A stretch of 64,000 bases of DNA. Origin: Eutreptiella sp. 'Long Island Sound 2002'. Its lineage: Eukaryota > Protista > Euglenida. Location of the stretch: NCBI GenBank assembly GCA_964036045.1, contig OZ038378.1, positions 77,934,001-77,998,000 on the forward strand, read 5' to 3'. Below the pieces are notes generated by a model. The model had not been told where the DNA came from and did no database searches. It was given only the letters and a program-made list of their open reading frames with translations. Positions within the stretch are counted from its first letter, which is position 1. Each line of letters begins with the position of its first letter. This document shows positions 46,169 through 58,000 of the stretch, in pieces. The position numbers and the translations under genes were made by a program.

Positions 46169-47490
46169 CGCCCCACACCCAGGCAAGAGGCGCCATCCCC
46201 GGGCACCCTCATGCCGCCCCCACAGCGCGCAAAGCCAGCGCGCAAGAGCGCGCGCTGTGGGGTTGGAGACGGGTCCCCACGCCCGCACCCCCCGCACCCA
46301 CAGCCAGTGGGTAGTGGGCCCCGGCCGCACGCCCGAGCGGACGAGAGGTCAGGGGTGGGAGAGCGCCCGTCCCCGGACGCCCCACACCAAGCAAACAGGC
46401 GCCGCCCCCGGGCACCCTAATGCCGCCCCCACAACGCGCAAAGCCAGCTTGCAAGAGCGCGCGCTGTGGGGTCGGTGACGGATCCCCACGCCCGCACCCC
46501 CCGCACCCACAGCCAGTGGGTAGTGGGCTCCGGCCGCACGCCCGAAAGGACGAGTGTTTGGGAGTGGGAGAGCGCCCAAACCCGGACGCCCCCCACCCAG
46601 GCAAGAGGCGCCCCCCCGGGCACCCTGATGCCGCCCCCACAGCATGCAAAAGCGCGCGCTGTGGGGTTGGTGACGGGTCCCCACGCCCGCACCCCCCGCA
46701 CCCACAGCCAGTGGGTAGTGGGCCCCGGCCGCACGCCCTGACGGACGGGAGGTCGGGGGTGGGAGAGCGCCTGTCCCCGGACGCCCCACACCCAGGCAAG
46801 AGGCGCCCCCCCCGGGCACCCTCATGATGACCCGACAGAGCGCAAAGCCAGCTCGCAAGAGCGCGCGCTGTGGGGTCGGTGACGGGTCCCCACGCCTGCA
46901 CCACCCGCACCCACAGCCAGTGGGTAGTGGGCCCCGGCCGCACGCCTGAAAGGACGAGTGGTCGGGGGTGGGAGGGCGCCCGACCCCGGACGCCCTACAC
47001 CTAGGCAGGAGGTGCCCCCCCGGGCACCCTCATGCCGCCCCCACAGCGCGCAAAGCCAGCTCGCAAGAGTGCGCGCTCTGGGGTTGGTGACGGATCCCCA
47101 CGCCCGCACTCCCCGCACCCACAGCAAGTGGGTAGTGGGCCCCGGCCGCACGCCCGAGTGGACGAGAGGTCGGTTGTGGGAGAGCGCCCGTCCCCTGACG
47201 CCCCACACCCAGGCAAGAGGCGCCCCCACCGGGCACCCTCATGCCACCCCGACAGCGCGCAAAGCAAGCTCGCAAGAGCGCGCGCTGTGGGGTTGGTGAC
47301 GGGTCCCCGTGCCCGCACCCGCCGCACCCACAGCCAGTGGGTAGTGGGCCCCGCCTGCACGCCCGAAAGGACGAGTGGCCAGGTGTGGGGGAGCGCCCGA
47401 CCCCGGGCGCCCCGCACCCAGGCAAGGCCCCCCCCCCCCGAGCGCCCTCGTGCCGCCCCTACAGCGTGCCAAGCCAGCGCGCAAGGCCAG
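46169..47490. repeat. Tandem array of ~6.4 GC-rich units of ~209 bp
   Basis: GACGCCCCACACC-type anchors at 46167, 46376, 46585, 46780, 46989, 47197 and ~47406. Confidence 0.93.
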
Positions 47491-48388
47491 CTCCCCTCGC
47501 CCGCATCCACCCCATGGGGAGCGCGCAGCCCCAAGCCAGGTAGGAGGAAACGGGACCGGGCCACCCCCCCCCCCAAGCAAGCCAAACAGAGCACGGGACC
47601 GAGGCCGGACACGCGGAGGGGCACCCAGCGAGTGGAACAGCCCTACCAGCACCCAGCACCGGCACCGCGCGAGGTGCACGCGCCACACCAACCCGGCAAG
47701 GGGGGGGGGGGGGGCGCTAACGCCGCGAGAGCGCGAGCGCACACACAAACAAAGGACACGCGGGGAAAACCAGAAGGGCAACCGGACCGAGCCCGCGGAA
47801 CGCACAGACCGCATGGAGTGGCGTACCAGCGAGCGAGGAGGAGGGGCACCAAGACAGGACGGCCTGCCACACACAGCGCAGGAAACGCGGGGCTGGCAGG
47901 GGAAAACAGGGAAGACACAACATCCGGCATCGGCCCCAACCCCCCTGAACCGGCCGCGAGCGCCGCGCACACACAACCAGGGCACTGCACCTGCCAAGGC
48001 AGTAGTGGCGCATAGCGCCACGCACCAGCCCCACGGCTAGGCAGCCTCCGCGCCAGCCCACGGGGGTCCCACTGGCGACAAGCCAGTAGCACGGGCCCGG
48101 CAGCGCCGGCACCCCGGGCGACCACGCATTAGGGGGGCGACGCGGTGGGTAAGCGCCTGCAGCCACGGCTGCGAATTGACGCACTGACCGGGGAGTGGCG
48201 AAAAGGGGAAGCCGGGGATGGACGGGGCCCGCGCCCTGTGAACCCGGGGGACTCCGCCACCAGGCAGGAGGTGCGTCTTGAAGGGCCCCCAACTAGGACC
48301 GGGTGGGGAGGATATCACCTGGCCTGACCAGGTGGCCCCCCGGGGCCAAAAGGCGTCTAGTACCCGCAAAATCAAACCTCAAACCTCA
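46169..48388 (+). mobile_element. 2220 bp non-coding insertion with a 13 bp TSD (non-LTR/SINE-like)
   Basis: AACCTTACCCCGA at 46156-46168 and 48389-48401; ends in AAAATC-AAACCTC-AAACCTC short-repeat tail. Confidence 0.88.
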
Positions 48389-48561
48389 AACCTTACCCCG
48401 ATACTCATGGTCCAGGACATCCTCGACAACATAGGAGTCGCCGTGGAGGTCCTGACGCTCGGAGTAAATATGGAGGGGGGGGGGTTCACACCATCCCGCC
48501 GGGGTATATAGGGCTTTAGCTTTCCCACCGACAGAATGACCTGCTTACCGTTCAGGTTTAC

Positions 48562-49716
48562 TCAGTATGTGTTCGTGGAAACCTTACGGAGGATCTCTGC
48601 AGGGCCCTGCCATATCCTGTCCAGCCTGGGATATAGGCCATGCTGGTCGGTCCTGTTTCGCACCCATACGCGGTCTCCCCCCTTAAACTGCAGAGACGGG
48701 TGTTTTTTGAGGAAGGCCTGGTACTCCCGGGCATGGAGATCAACCAACTTTGATTGGATGAGCTGGTGTTCGTCCTGAGCCCTGCGGAAGTACTCGGTCG
48801 CATCCTCCACCCCGGGATCCACGATCAGGGTGGCTACCTCTCCAAACCCGATAGGGTCTCGGCCGGAAACGAGCCGGTGCGGTGAGTAGGGTGCGATGGG
48901 GCCCGGTAGGTCATTAAGACCCCACAGGGCAAATGGCAGGGCATAGATCCAGTCCAGCTTGCGGACCACCAAGTATAGCCGCAAAGCATTGATAATAGAC
49001 TGGACTGCCCGCTCCGCACGCCCATTACTGTGGGGTCTATACACTATAGACTTCGCCTGGGTAATACCAGCGAGACCACAAAGGGCGTCAAAGAACTGTG
49101 AGCAGATGATGGACTGATTTTCAGAATGTATCTCCCTGGGCATCCCAGGAAAAAAGGCACAATAGTGCAGAAATAGGGCGGCCGCCTTATCGCTCCTCAG
49201 TCTCTCTTGTCTACATGGGATGGCCAGGATATAACCTGTCAAAGGACTCACGATAACCATCGCATAATCCACCTTCACCCCTCTTTCAGGATGTTTGACT
49301 TCAGGCAGAGATACAAAGTCCATGGCCAGTGATGCAAAGGGATAGGAGGGCACGGAGAAGGGGTCACATGAGTCAGGATGTGGGCCCCTTCGTGCCTTGG
49401 ACTGTGCACATACCACACAGGCATCCACAACCTCCTTCACTTTGTCCCGAAGGTCGTCTTCGGACAGATTACCGACATGGAACTGTCGCTTGAACAGTTC
49501 CAGGGTTTTGGGGGCACCTGGATGTGCAAAGTAGTGCACTGCTTCTATCACCTTGCTCAGGATGGCCACAGGAACCACTGCGCTACCATCCACGCTGACA
49601 TGGGGGTGTTCCCATTGTGGTTCATGCCACCGGTAGACGCCATACTCAATCTTTTTTTTGATACCCCAGTCCAGCAGAACTTTCAGGTTAGGGTCCTCAG
49701 CGTAGTATGGTTCCAA
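48562..49716 (-). pseudogene. Gypsy-2 integrase
   Basis: HYFAHPG...CVVC; LAMDFV; HSENQS (second catalytic Asp altered); SNGRAERAVQ. Confidence 0.92.
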
Positions 49717-50329
49717 TCCTCATACAGGATACTACACGGTGGGGGCACATTGACCGATGTGACTGAAGCAATCAGGGCGTGGGAAGCATGAGGAGACTCC
49801 CTCATCACATGGGCCACACCATGGAGGTCTGGATCCTTAAAGAAGTCAGGGCCCGTGGACTCTTCAGCCTCAGAACCACAGTCAGGATCATCAGGATCAC
49901 TGTGCAGGAGTGTCAGGACACCACACGTGTTACTCTTATGGTGATCCAGGCAATCAGGACACCGAGGGGGGTCCACAGTGAGTAGCTGATCAGCAGGAAG
50001 GGGGTCCGCAGTCACCTGAGCCCTGTATTTCGGAAGGAGCAAAGCATCAGCTCTCCACTGTGCATCCACTTTGTCGGAGTGGCCGTTTCCAGGCTTGCAC
50101 ACTCATAATGAAAGCAGGGGTAGTGGCTGGCCGCAAGCAGATTGCTGTACCCGCTGCAGTGATTATGACACTTGGCTGTATGGCTGCACGGGGGTCTGGA
50201 CTCACTCCCTTCGCCAGATATTGACAGTCGATCAATCAGGGCATTTTTTCAGGCCTTTTCCTGGGCTTCCCAGTCCTCATACCCCTTGAGGTCGGCGTCC
50301 CAACCATGGAAGTTGGTGTCATCCGCCAG

Positions 50330-51900
50330 CTCCGCAGGGTAGGCCCATCGGCTCATGCCGTCCGCGATATCATTATCCTTACCCGGCTTCTACACCACAA
50401 CAATGTTGTACCGGGAAAGGAACTCATGCCAGCGGGCGCAACGACCCAGGGGTCCAGCAATAGTACAGAGATCCACTTTGTACGATGACTCGAGGGACTT
50501 GTGGTCCGTGAAAACAGTGACTTTACGCCCTGATATCCAGCTCTTGAACTTCAGGAGGCGGGACACCAGTGCGTAGGTCCCCTTTTCTTGCACAGACCAC
50601 GCTCTATGTCCGGTGAAGCCCAAGGCTTCGCCCTCAGGACGATACCGGATCTGGCCTTCGAGTTGTTTTGAGTAGAAGGCGCAAGGAGCCCAGCTACCAT
50701 CAGGCAATTGCTGCTCCGACACACCGCCTATGCCAAAATCCGAGGCATCAGTGTGAATCGCATATTCACCCGTGTTATTGGGGATATACAATGCACACTT
50801 CTCGCACAGTACCTCCTTGACTTTGGCGAAACTCTGCCGCATGATCTCAGTCCATTCAATGAAGTTGCGGTCCTTGGAGACCTTGCATTTGCCTCCCTCA
50901 GGCACTCTCTTGTACTTCCATTTCAGGCTACCAATCAGTGGCGCAGCCAGGGAAGCATATTGGGGTATGTAAATGGAATACCAGTTACATATTCCGAGAG
51001 ATCCCTTGATGTGCTTGGGGGTACGAATCGTGGCCTCAGTCCAGTCAGGAACTGCAGCCAACTTCTCGGGGGCGGCAGATCTCCGTCCCTGGTGAAGGAT
51101 GTGACCACAATATTTAACCCTTTGACAGAAAAGGTGGCACTTTTCCTCCTCCACTTGGAGATGGTGGTCAGCCAGGCATCAGAAAAGTTGCCTGACCAAC
51201 TCATAATGCTCAGTTATGGCCTCTTCATCGAGGGCACAACTGTCCAAGAGCTTACCCTCACCCCTGGAAGCCTTGGAGGGGGGCGTATCTACAAGCAGAT
51301 CATCAATATAGGCCCTTACCGAGGGGGGCAGGTGCCTGATGCAGTGGGTGACCATCCTCTGGTAGAACTGTGGTCCCACCTTCACCACCATGGGCATGAC
51401 GTTCCACTGATACACTCCCCTCGGGATACAGAAAGCCGTCAGCTGACCACTTTCCTCTGTGAGGGGCATCTGGTGGAATCCATCCTCAAGGTCGAGGATG
51501 GTTCAGAGATGGTTTCCATGCTGTCGCCGGAGGAGGTCCTCAATGACCGGTAGGGTGAATTCATGTCCCTCGCGACATGAATTCAAGTACCAATAATCAA
51601 TGACCAACCTCCACTTTTGTTCCCCAGCTTTCGGCACCCACGTGCCACCCAAGGGCTTTTGGATCCCTCAATCCACCCTCGTTTCTCAAAACCTTGGATC
51701 TTTTCTTTCAGCGCCTCTCCCCGCGGACCTACTGCTTGGATGGGGCTGAAGGCCACAGTTGTTGAGCCCTCGTTCAGCTCCAGCTTGACCCACCCTTCAG
51801 GTCCCCTCTTGTTGGCATTGGCCTTGATCTCCTCCCAATTATTCCGCTCCAAATTGAAAGCTGTGTCCTTGAATTCATCAAGGAGCTTTTTGCGGTACAA
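50330..51900 (-). pseudogene. pol: Gypsy-2 RT plus RNase H
   Basis: SPWVARG/FLVPK, WRLVIDY, LDLEDGFHQ, AYIDDLL; HTDASDFGIGG, QEKGTYALV, TDHKSL, NDIADGMSR. Confidence 0.93.
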
Positions 51901-52449
51901 CTCCACCATCTTCTGAAGATGGGGGTCTGAGAACTCCTTGGCATCGGCCTCTAGGATGGAACGCACTGACCGAGTTCTTGGGTAGAGGAGGTGCTGGGGA
52001 GGGGTCCTCTGATCCACGCAATTGGCAGTCTCAGTGCCAACCAGGTCAAGTATCCAATCTACAACCGTTTGGCTGGAGATGGAGGACTCTACCTTCTTGA
52101 GGTGATTTAGGGTGAGTGTGGGGGCAGCAGGGCTGTCCCGGGACGATGACTTCACTTCGGATCGCCGATTGGAGTCATTCCTGTTGTCATGTGAGCTGGG
52201 CTTCTGGAATGCAGGATAGATCAAATCAATGTCGGGCAAGTCAGGGGGGCCATACCCTTCCTTGGCCCTCTTCAGTGCCAGAACATTCCAGTTCCGGCGC
52301 TTCATGCCGACGGGTCTCTTCCTGAGGCCCAGGGCTGCAGTGGTACCGTCAGGACGGCAGGCTCCCAGATGGAGGACCTCTCTGAGGTCAGGATCACCCA
52401 AGGGCTGTTTCCAGCTGGTCTGGTTCAGTTCCTCTTGCTCAATACCAAG

Positions 52450-52760
52450 TGCATCGAAACGTACAGGCTGGTACTGCAGGTGACCCTCCTGAGGGAGCAT
52501 TTTACCCTTCCCATCCCAAAGAATACTCTCCCCCTTCGGTATGTCCCACCGATCCACTACAATCTCCCCTAAACTCCAAAACCACTTCTCACTCTTTCGG
52601 ACAGGTACTACTATAACCCGTTTACACCCTTCCCATATGACCTTTTGCACCGTTTCCGGCAGCTCACGAGCTGGCGGGAACAAAAGAAAAGTATGATACT
52701 CCCCTCCCCAAGGGCACATATACCCTTTTGGTGTCTTCTTGGTCTTACGGAGGGGTGAGA
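52450..52760 (-). pseudogene. DIRS-type N6-adenine methyltransferase-like segment inside Gypsy-2 pol
   Basis: PW...FLLFPPARELPETVQKV...RVIVVPVRKSEKWFWSL resembles the DIRS MT pattern W...AFPP..L...L.K...LI.P.W....W...L. The SAM-binding motif I was not recoverable. Confidence 0.65.
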
Positions 52761-54599
52761 GTCTAGTCAGATGTCGCTTCTTCACTGTTCTTCCCCCACG
52801 TCCCTGACCCCACTCACGCCACTATGGACCCTTCTCACGCACTCCACTCACAGTCCGGAGGCGGTCAAAGGGGCTGAGTGTGGGCTGGAGGGGCTCGGTA
52901 GTCCCCAAAGCTCTTCCAGCTCATTCACACAACTTTTCGCGCCATAGCGGGCGCAGGTGGTATCTTTCATTCTTGAATACGCCTGGCCGCCTCAATTTCC
53001 GCAGTATCTCAGCGGACTCTCGCGGTTGTATCGTCGGGATCTCCTGAGAAACCCCAGTGGGGGCTGGACCTGCCATGAGGCCTTTGTCCTGTGGGTCCTG
53101 CAGGTCCAAGACACTAATGTTCATGGCACCAGACTCCACACCCCCGTGGTCCCTTGAGTATCCGAACCGACCCATAAACTCATCAGGCGGATCAAAACCC
53201 AAGGAACCTTCATCACCCGAACAGGACTCAAAATCCCGATCCTGGACGTCCATCGACCGGACTCCTGAGAGTTACTGGTCACCAATGTCCAGCCAATCCT
53301 TGGCGAAGACCGCGATTGTCTTCGTCAAGTTCCCAGAGACTTGCAACTGGGCGGCAGGAGCTTGATCGGACGGCTCTTGCCGGATATCAGGGGAAGGAAG
53401 TACAGTGGGGGTAGGAAAAAGGGAGGAGAGGGTTTGCTGGACCATCGCCTCTTTGGTCTGGTCCCAGTCTGTACCAGCTGCCGGGACCCTCAGTTGCAAT
53501 CTGATGGGCTCACCAGTCGTTGGCACTTCAGGCCATGCTGAATGGCTTTCTGGCTGGACGGAGTGGGGTGCCTTCACCTGATGGCACAAGCCAGCCGAGA
53601 GGGATGTCATGATGCATAGGGCGTCCCCCAGCTGTGGGTCGCCCCTTGTTGGTGCTGAAGCAGGGGGAGTATCTTTTTCAATACACCCTCTGGAATTCTT
53701 GTGAATCCCAGCCTGGGCGGCTATACTCCCGGACAGGGCGAGTACAACTAACACTAACTTCTGGTAATCCCATTCTGTGGACTGAGATTCTGGGTCACTG
53801 CCCTTGCGGGCAGCCCCGGTCAGTTTGTGGACCGCTGATGGGTCCTCTCTCAAGCCCTGCTCAGGCTGTGATCCTGCTGAACTCGGCGTCAACAAACTGC
53901 CCTGCAACTCAGGTGTAATGGGGATGCTGTTCGAGGGTATGACCCGGGCATCAGGACCGCTTCCACAGCTGGTCCCTGCCGGTGGGAGTAAAGCCTGTGA
54001 AGGCCTTTCCATCATTTCCTGAGGTACAGATTGTGTGTTCAGGATTGTGTGTATAGTGTCCCTTGTCCCATGAGGTGCGGTCACTTCAGAATTGGTCAGG
54101 GTATCGATGGTGGGCGACGGACTGTTGAACCGTTCAGACCAAGGCACAGATGTACCCAGGCTACCCTGTGCCCTCGCGCCCTCACAACTTGCGTCGTCTG
54201 TTTGTGGAGCGCAAAGGTATCCCGCGGAGGCAGGGACAGGGCACCCATCGACGATGGCAGATCCATCTGTGCAGGAGTGGACCCCTTCATAAGTGACCAA
54301 AGGCCGAATGTGAGGCTCGACTAGGGCATTTAACCTTCCGGTGCCCACTCCCACAAATATCACTGAACTCTCGTCCCGATTGAAATCTGAAGGACCATTC
54401 TCAGTGACCGTTAGCGCAGAAACAGAGTATAATGGGACAACCGACTAAATTGGGTGGTCCCTCTCAACCTGGGTCAGTTCCAGCCCAGGTGGGGGCTTGG
54501 CCGCCGGGACAGTGATGGTCCCTCGACTGAAATCCTCTTCAAAAGTCAATGGCTCTGCCCTGGGAAGACTGCCAAACCATACCGAGCCAATAAGGGATA

Positions 54600-54999
54600 C
54601 CCCACTATGGCTCTCGGCCCAATTTCAGCGATGTACAGAATTGCATCAGGACATCGGGCTGGGCCGTATTTCCCTTTGTGTGATACGGGGAGTAAGAGGG
54701 CCCCATGTATACAATGAGTGCCTCCCTTCAGGGAATTGGATCCAGCCCCAATGAGCCGTATTGGACTGTCACGTGTCAGCCTTGGTACGGACGAGATCTG
54801 GTACCAACTCATATCCGACGGCCCCTATGGCTTCACAACCCGTGTCGATGATGCACTGAAAGACCAGAGCCGACGACAGGCCCTCCATGGACTTCAAAAA
54901 GAAGGTCCCTGGCAGGATCAGGCCTTTCCTCGCTGCCAGGTCCACTTCCGCTGACTGGGGCGGTCTCAGTACCTCCTGTTCATCCCCCTTGAGTACCAC
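54600..54999 (-). pseudogene. Gypsy-2 aspartic protease
   Basis: FQCIIDTGCEAIG active-site motif. Confidence 0.85.
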
Positions 55000-55159
55000 C
55001 GCGAGACGACCGCGTATTTTTCACCCGACAGGCAGTCAACCCTCAGGCTGGGGTACCCTGGGCGTCCTGTGAGCGGTCCTACGCCCCGCCGTCTCCGCTC
55101 ACGCCTCTAATTTCGCTTCAGGGGGGGGTTTGGCGGCTTTCTTTGGCTAAGGCGTCAAG

Positions 55160-58000
55160 TGTGGATGGAGTTTCCAACACTGATCCGAGGTGTGCCAAGT
55201 GCTGCGACAGCCCTGGCAGGGGGGTCTCTCCTTCAGACCCTTCTTGCGGGCCCCTGAGGGCGGTCGCAGGTGGGGATGCTTGCGGTAGCAAGTCTCCACC
55301 TTGTGTCCCTTGAAGCCACAGAAACTAGAGGGGGGTCCAGTCTTGGTGACTTCTTGCCCAAAAATATTGATTTCCAGCTCCTCGTCAGGGGAAGCTGGTG
55401 GGTTGTCACTCTCTCCCTGTGCAGGGGGGGGGGGTACTGAGGATCCTGCAGCAGATTGTGGAATCCGGCAGGCGATGTGGAATACCCCTCGTCAGGAAGC
55501 CCTTCCTGCAGCTGCTTCACCTAGAACCCCTGATGCCGCCTCCGCAAATGAGCCAGGTGCTCATCGGCTTTTTCCTGCTGCAGGAAGTAGACCTGCACAA
55601 ACAGGTACAGCTGGACATAGACAAATGACCGGCTGCACTTAGTCTGCTCTGGGATGACCTTTCGGGTCAAGTCAGAGTTCAGGCGGGGGGCGTCCAGCCA
55701 GTCCTTGCTGGCGTCCTCCAGGGTGAATCCCTCCCTCACCCTCTTGCCCCAATAGCAGAAATCCTCAAAGATCCCACTGACTTGTGATGCGGTGCAATGA
55801 GCCGGTACCACAGTACTCTTGTAGGTATCCCTGAAAAGATCTACATTGGTCTTATTCCTCGCCTCCCATTCCACCTCCTCCTTTACCTCCTTGTAGGAGA
55901 GGCATCGGCAGAGATGGCGGTCCTGTATGGGGCCGGCGATCTTTGAGGGTATGGAGTCCAGGATTTCCACAATTCGGGCCTCCTCACCCAGGGCACGCCC
56001 CACTGACCGTTCCCACCATCTCCATTTCAGGAGGTAGTGGTGCACGGTTTCACCCTTTCCATCCCACTTGGGACGGATGTTGGCCCGCTGCAGGTCCCCA
56101 AATGATGTGGGGTCCAGGTTGGGGTTGGCTTGATGTCCAAAGGCCCCTGACCCCGTGGTTGCCCAGAATCGGTTGAAGGTAGTGGGGTTATCCACGGGGC
56201 TCGGGGCTGGGTCATCAGGAACTTCAGCGAAGGCCATACCCGGAGCAGGAATCTTTAATGGTTTGACCTTCAGAAGTTCCTTATCCTCCAGCCATCTCAG
56301 GATTACCCCTGGGTGAAAATTTCCCCGAGCATCAAGGAGCCGAGGTTGGAGTCCCTGAACGTGACGCCTCTCGGCACAAGAATGATGTGCTTTGGGGAGG
56401 GTTGATGAGGTTGGCTGATGCTGATGGGTGTGCTGATGAGTATATCCAGGGGGGCCTCCAGAGAAACTAAATTCTGCACTTGGGAGACCATTGGGGGGGT
56501 GATAACCTGCTGGTCTCATTCCTGTAGGCCCTTGGGGGGGCTGATAACATGGTAATTCTGATGTCCCCGCTGCATGGGGGGCTGCACAAGGGACATTTGT
56601 ATGTACATACGGCTTTGGGATCGCATGCTCATGGCAATGAGGCGTCGCATGCACGTGAGTATGTACATCAGCAACATGACAAGCCAATTCAGAATGGCCA
56701 CTGAAAGCTGGAGTATGCACCGGATGATGGGCCCCATGAATGGCAAGGTCACCCTCTCGGGGCTCGTCTCCAACACCCTCCTCACCCTGCAGACCCTCAA
56801 GCTGGCTCTTGAACTCCATTATGAGCTCATTATAGCCTGCCACCTGATTTTTCAAGGCGGTCAGGCGTTCCCCTTGGGCCCTGACCTGATCTGCAAAGCA
56901 ATCAGAACCTGTGGGGGGGGGGGCACGGGTCCCAAGGGGGGCTGAGCTGGTGTCACAGGCGCGGTCGTCATGACGCTTATGCTATTAAGGTTGCTCTGCC
57001 GGAACTCGGATCCGGCGCGCCACTCCTTCTCCATGGTGAGCTGGACTTGCTGCAGCTCTGCCTCCATGGTCGCCACCTTGGTCTTGAGGGGTCAGATGGA
57101 TGGATACGCTGGGGTCGTTGTAGAACCAGCGGTAGAACCGGTGGCGGCGGCGGCTGACGCCATAGTAGCCTTGAGCTGGTCGGCGTAGCCCGGGAGAGCG
57201 CAACGGTGCTCCGCTTCTCGCGGCTCCAGCTCGTTGATGCGCTGGATGAGAGGGCACAGCTGGGCCCCCACTGAGCGCTTGGTCCCCACCTCCATGGCCG
57301 CCTTGATGGACGCAGTGTTTGCTTGGATGGTGGTGAGGACAGAGAGTTGGCTCGGCTGTTCGGCCCGGAGCTCATCCCCAGACCTACGGAGCCCCCCAAG
57401 CTGGTCATCAAGGTGGCGGACCCGCTGATGCAAGGTGTACCCCTAGTTCCAAGCCTGGGTCAGCCCGGCGTGGGTATGCCGGGCGAGCGAGCGGATGACT
57501 CCGCTCAGGGCGCCCACGAAGGCCACGGTCTCCTTCTGCACGGTGGCGAACTCGGCGGTGAAGCCTCGGTGGTGGGCGGCCAAGGCGTTGAGCTCCTGCA
57601 ACTGCTGCTGCACGTTGACGGTCTCAAATGTGGCCGACCTCATGCAGAAGGCCCACTGGCCTAGGTCGTTGCTGAGCTCGATTTCCTCGGCGAAGTGCCA
57701 GCGGCCACCCTGGGGGTCCTCAGCCCACTCAGGGAAGGTGTAGAGGGGTGGGTCCACGAGTACAGGGGACGCCGGGGGTGGCCGGCCATCGGACCCCAGC
57801 TGCTTGTGGAGTCGGACCCATGGGGTCCGGAGCCGGTGATGCGGAGGGCGGGGGCTGCCACGGTGGGGACGAGCTCCCCAGTTCGCGGGTCCGGGTCCTA
57901 CATGTCGGGGTGGAGATGTCGAATCCGAAGTTGTCTTCGCTGGGGGGGTCTTTGTGAGCACCACTTCTCTGCTAGGTAGTCCGGCGTAGCACTTAGGAGA
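55160..58000 (-). pseudogene. gag: Gypsy-2 gag (coiled-coil N-terminus, capsid-like region, two zinc knuckles), fragmented
   Basis: IRPKWDGKGETVHHYLLKWRWWE; SFCGFKGHKVETC (first Cys mutated) and CQGCRSTWHTSDQC, each followed by xHPHL. Confidence 0.82.

Larger units (their letters stand above)
45933..48500 (-). pseudogene. Gypsy-2 chromodomain, split by an insertion
   Basis: YVVEDVLDHEYRGKV on the right (~48390-48440) joins GKVRGEAK...WKVKYQGFDRPEWHDV...DWLDY on the left (45933-46168). Confidence 0.85.

Noticed and set aside
46169-47490. 209 bp array as CRISPR or coding repeat
   Set aside because: No unique spacers, no cas genes, and the unit length is not a multiple of 3.
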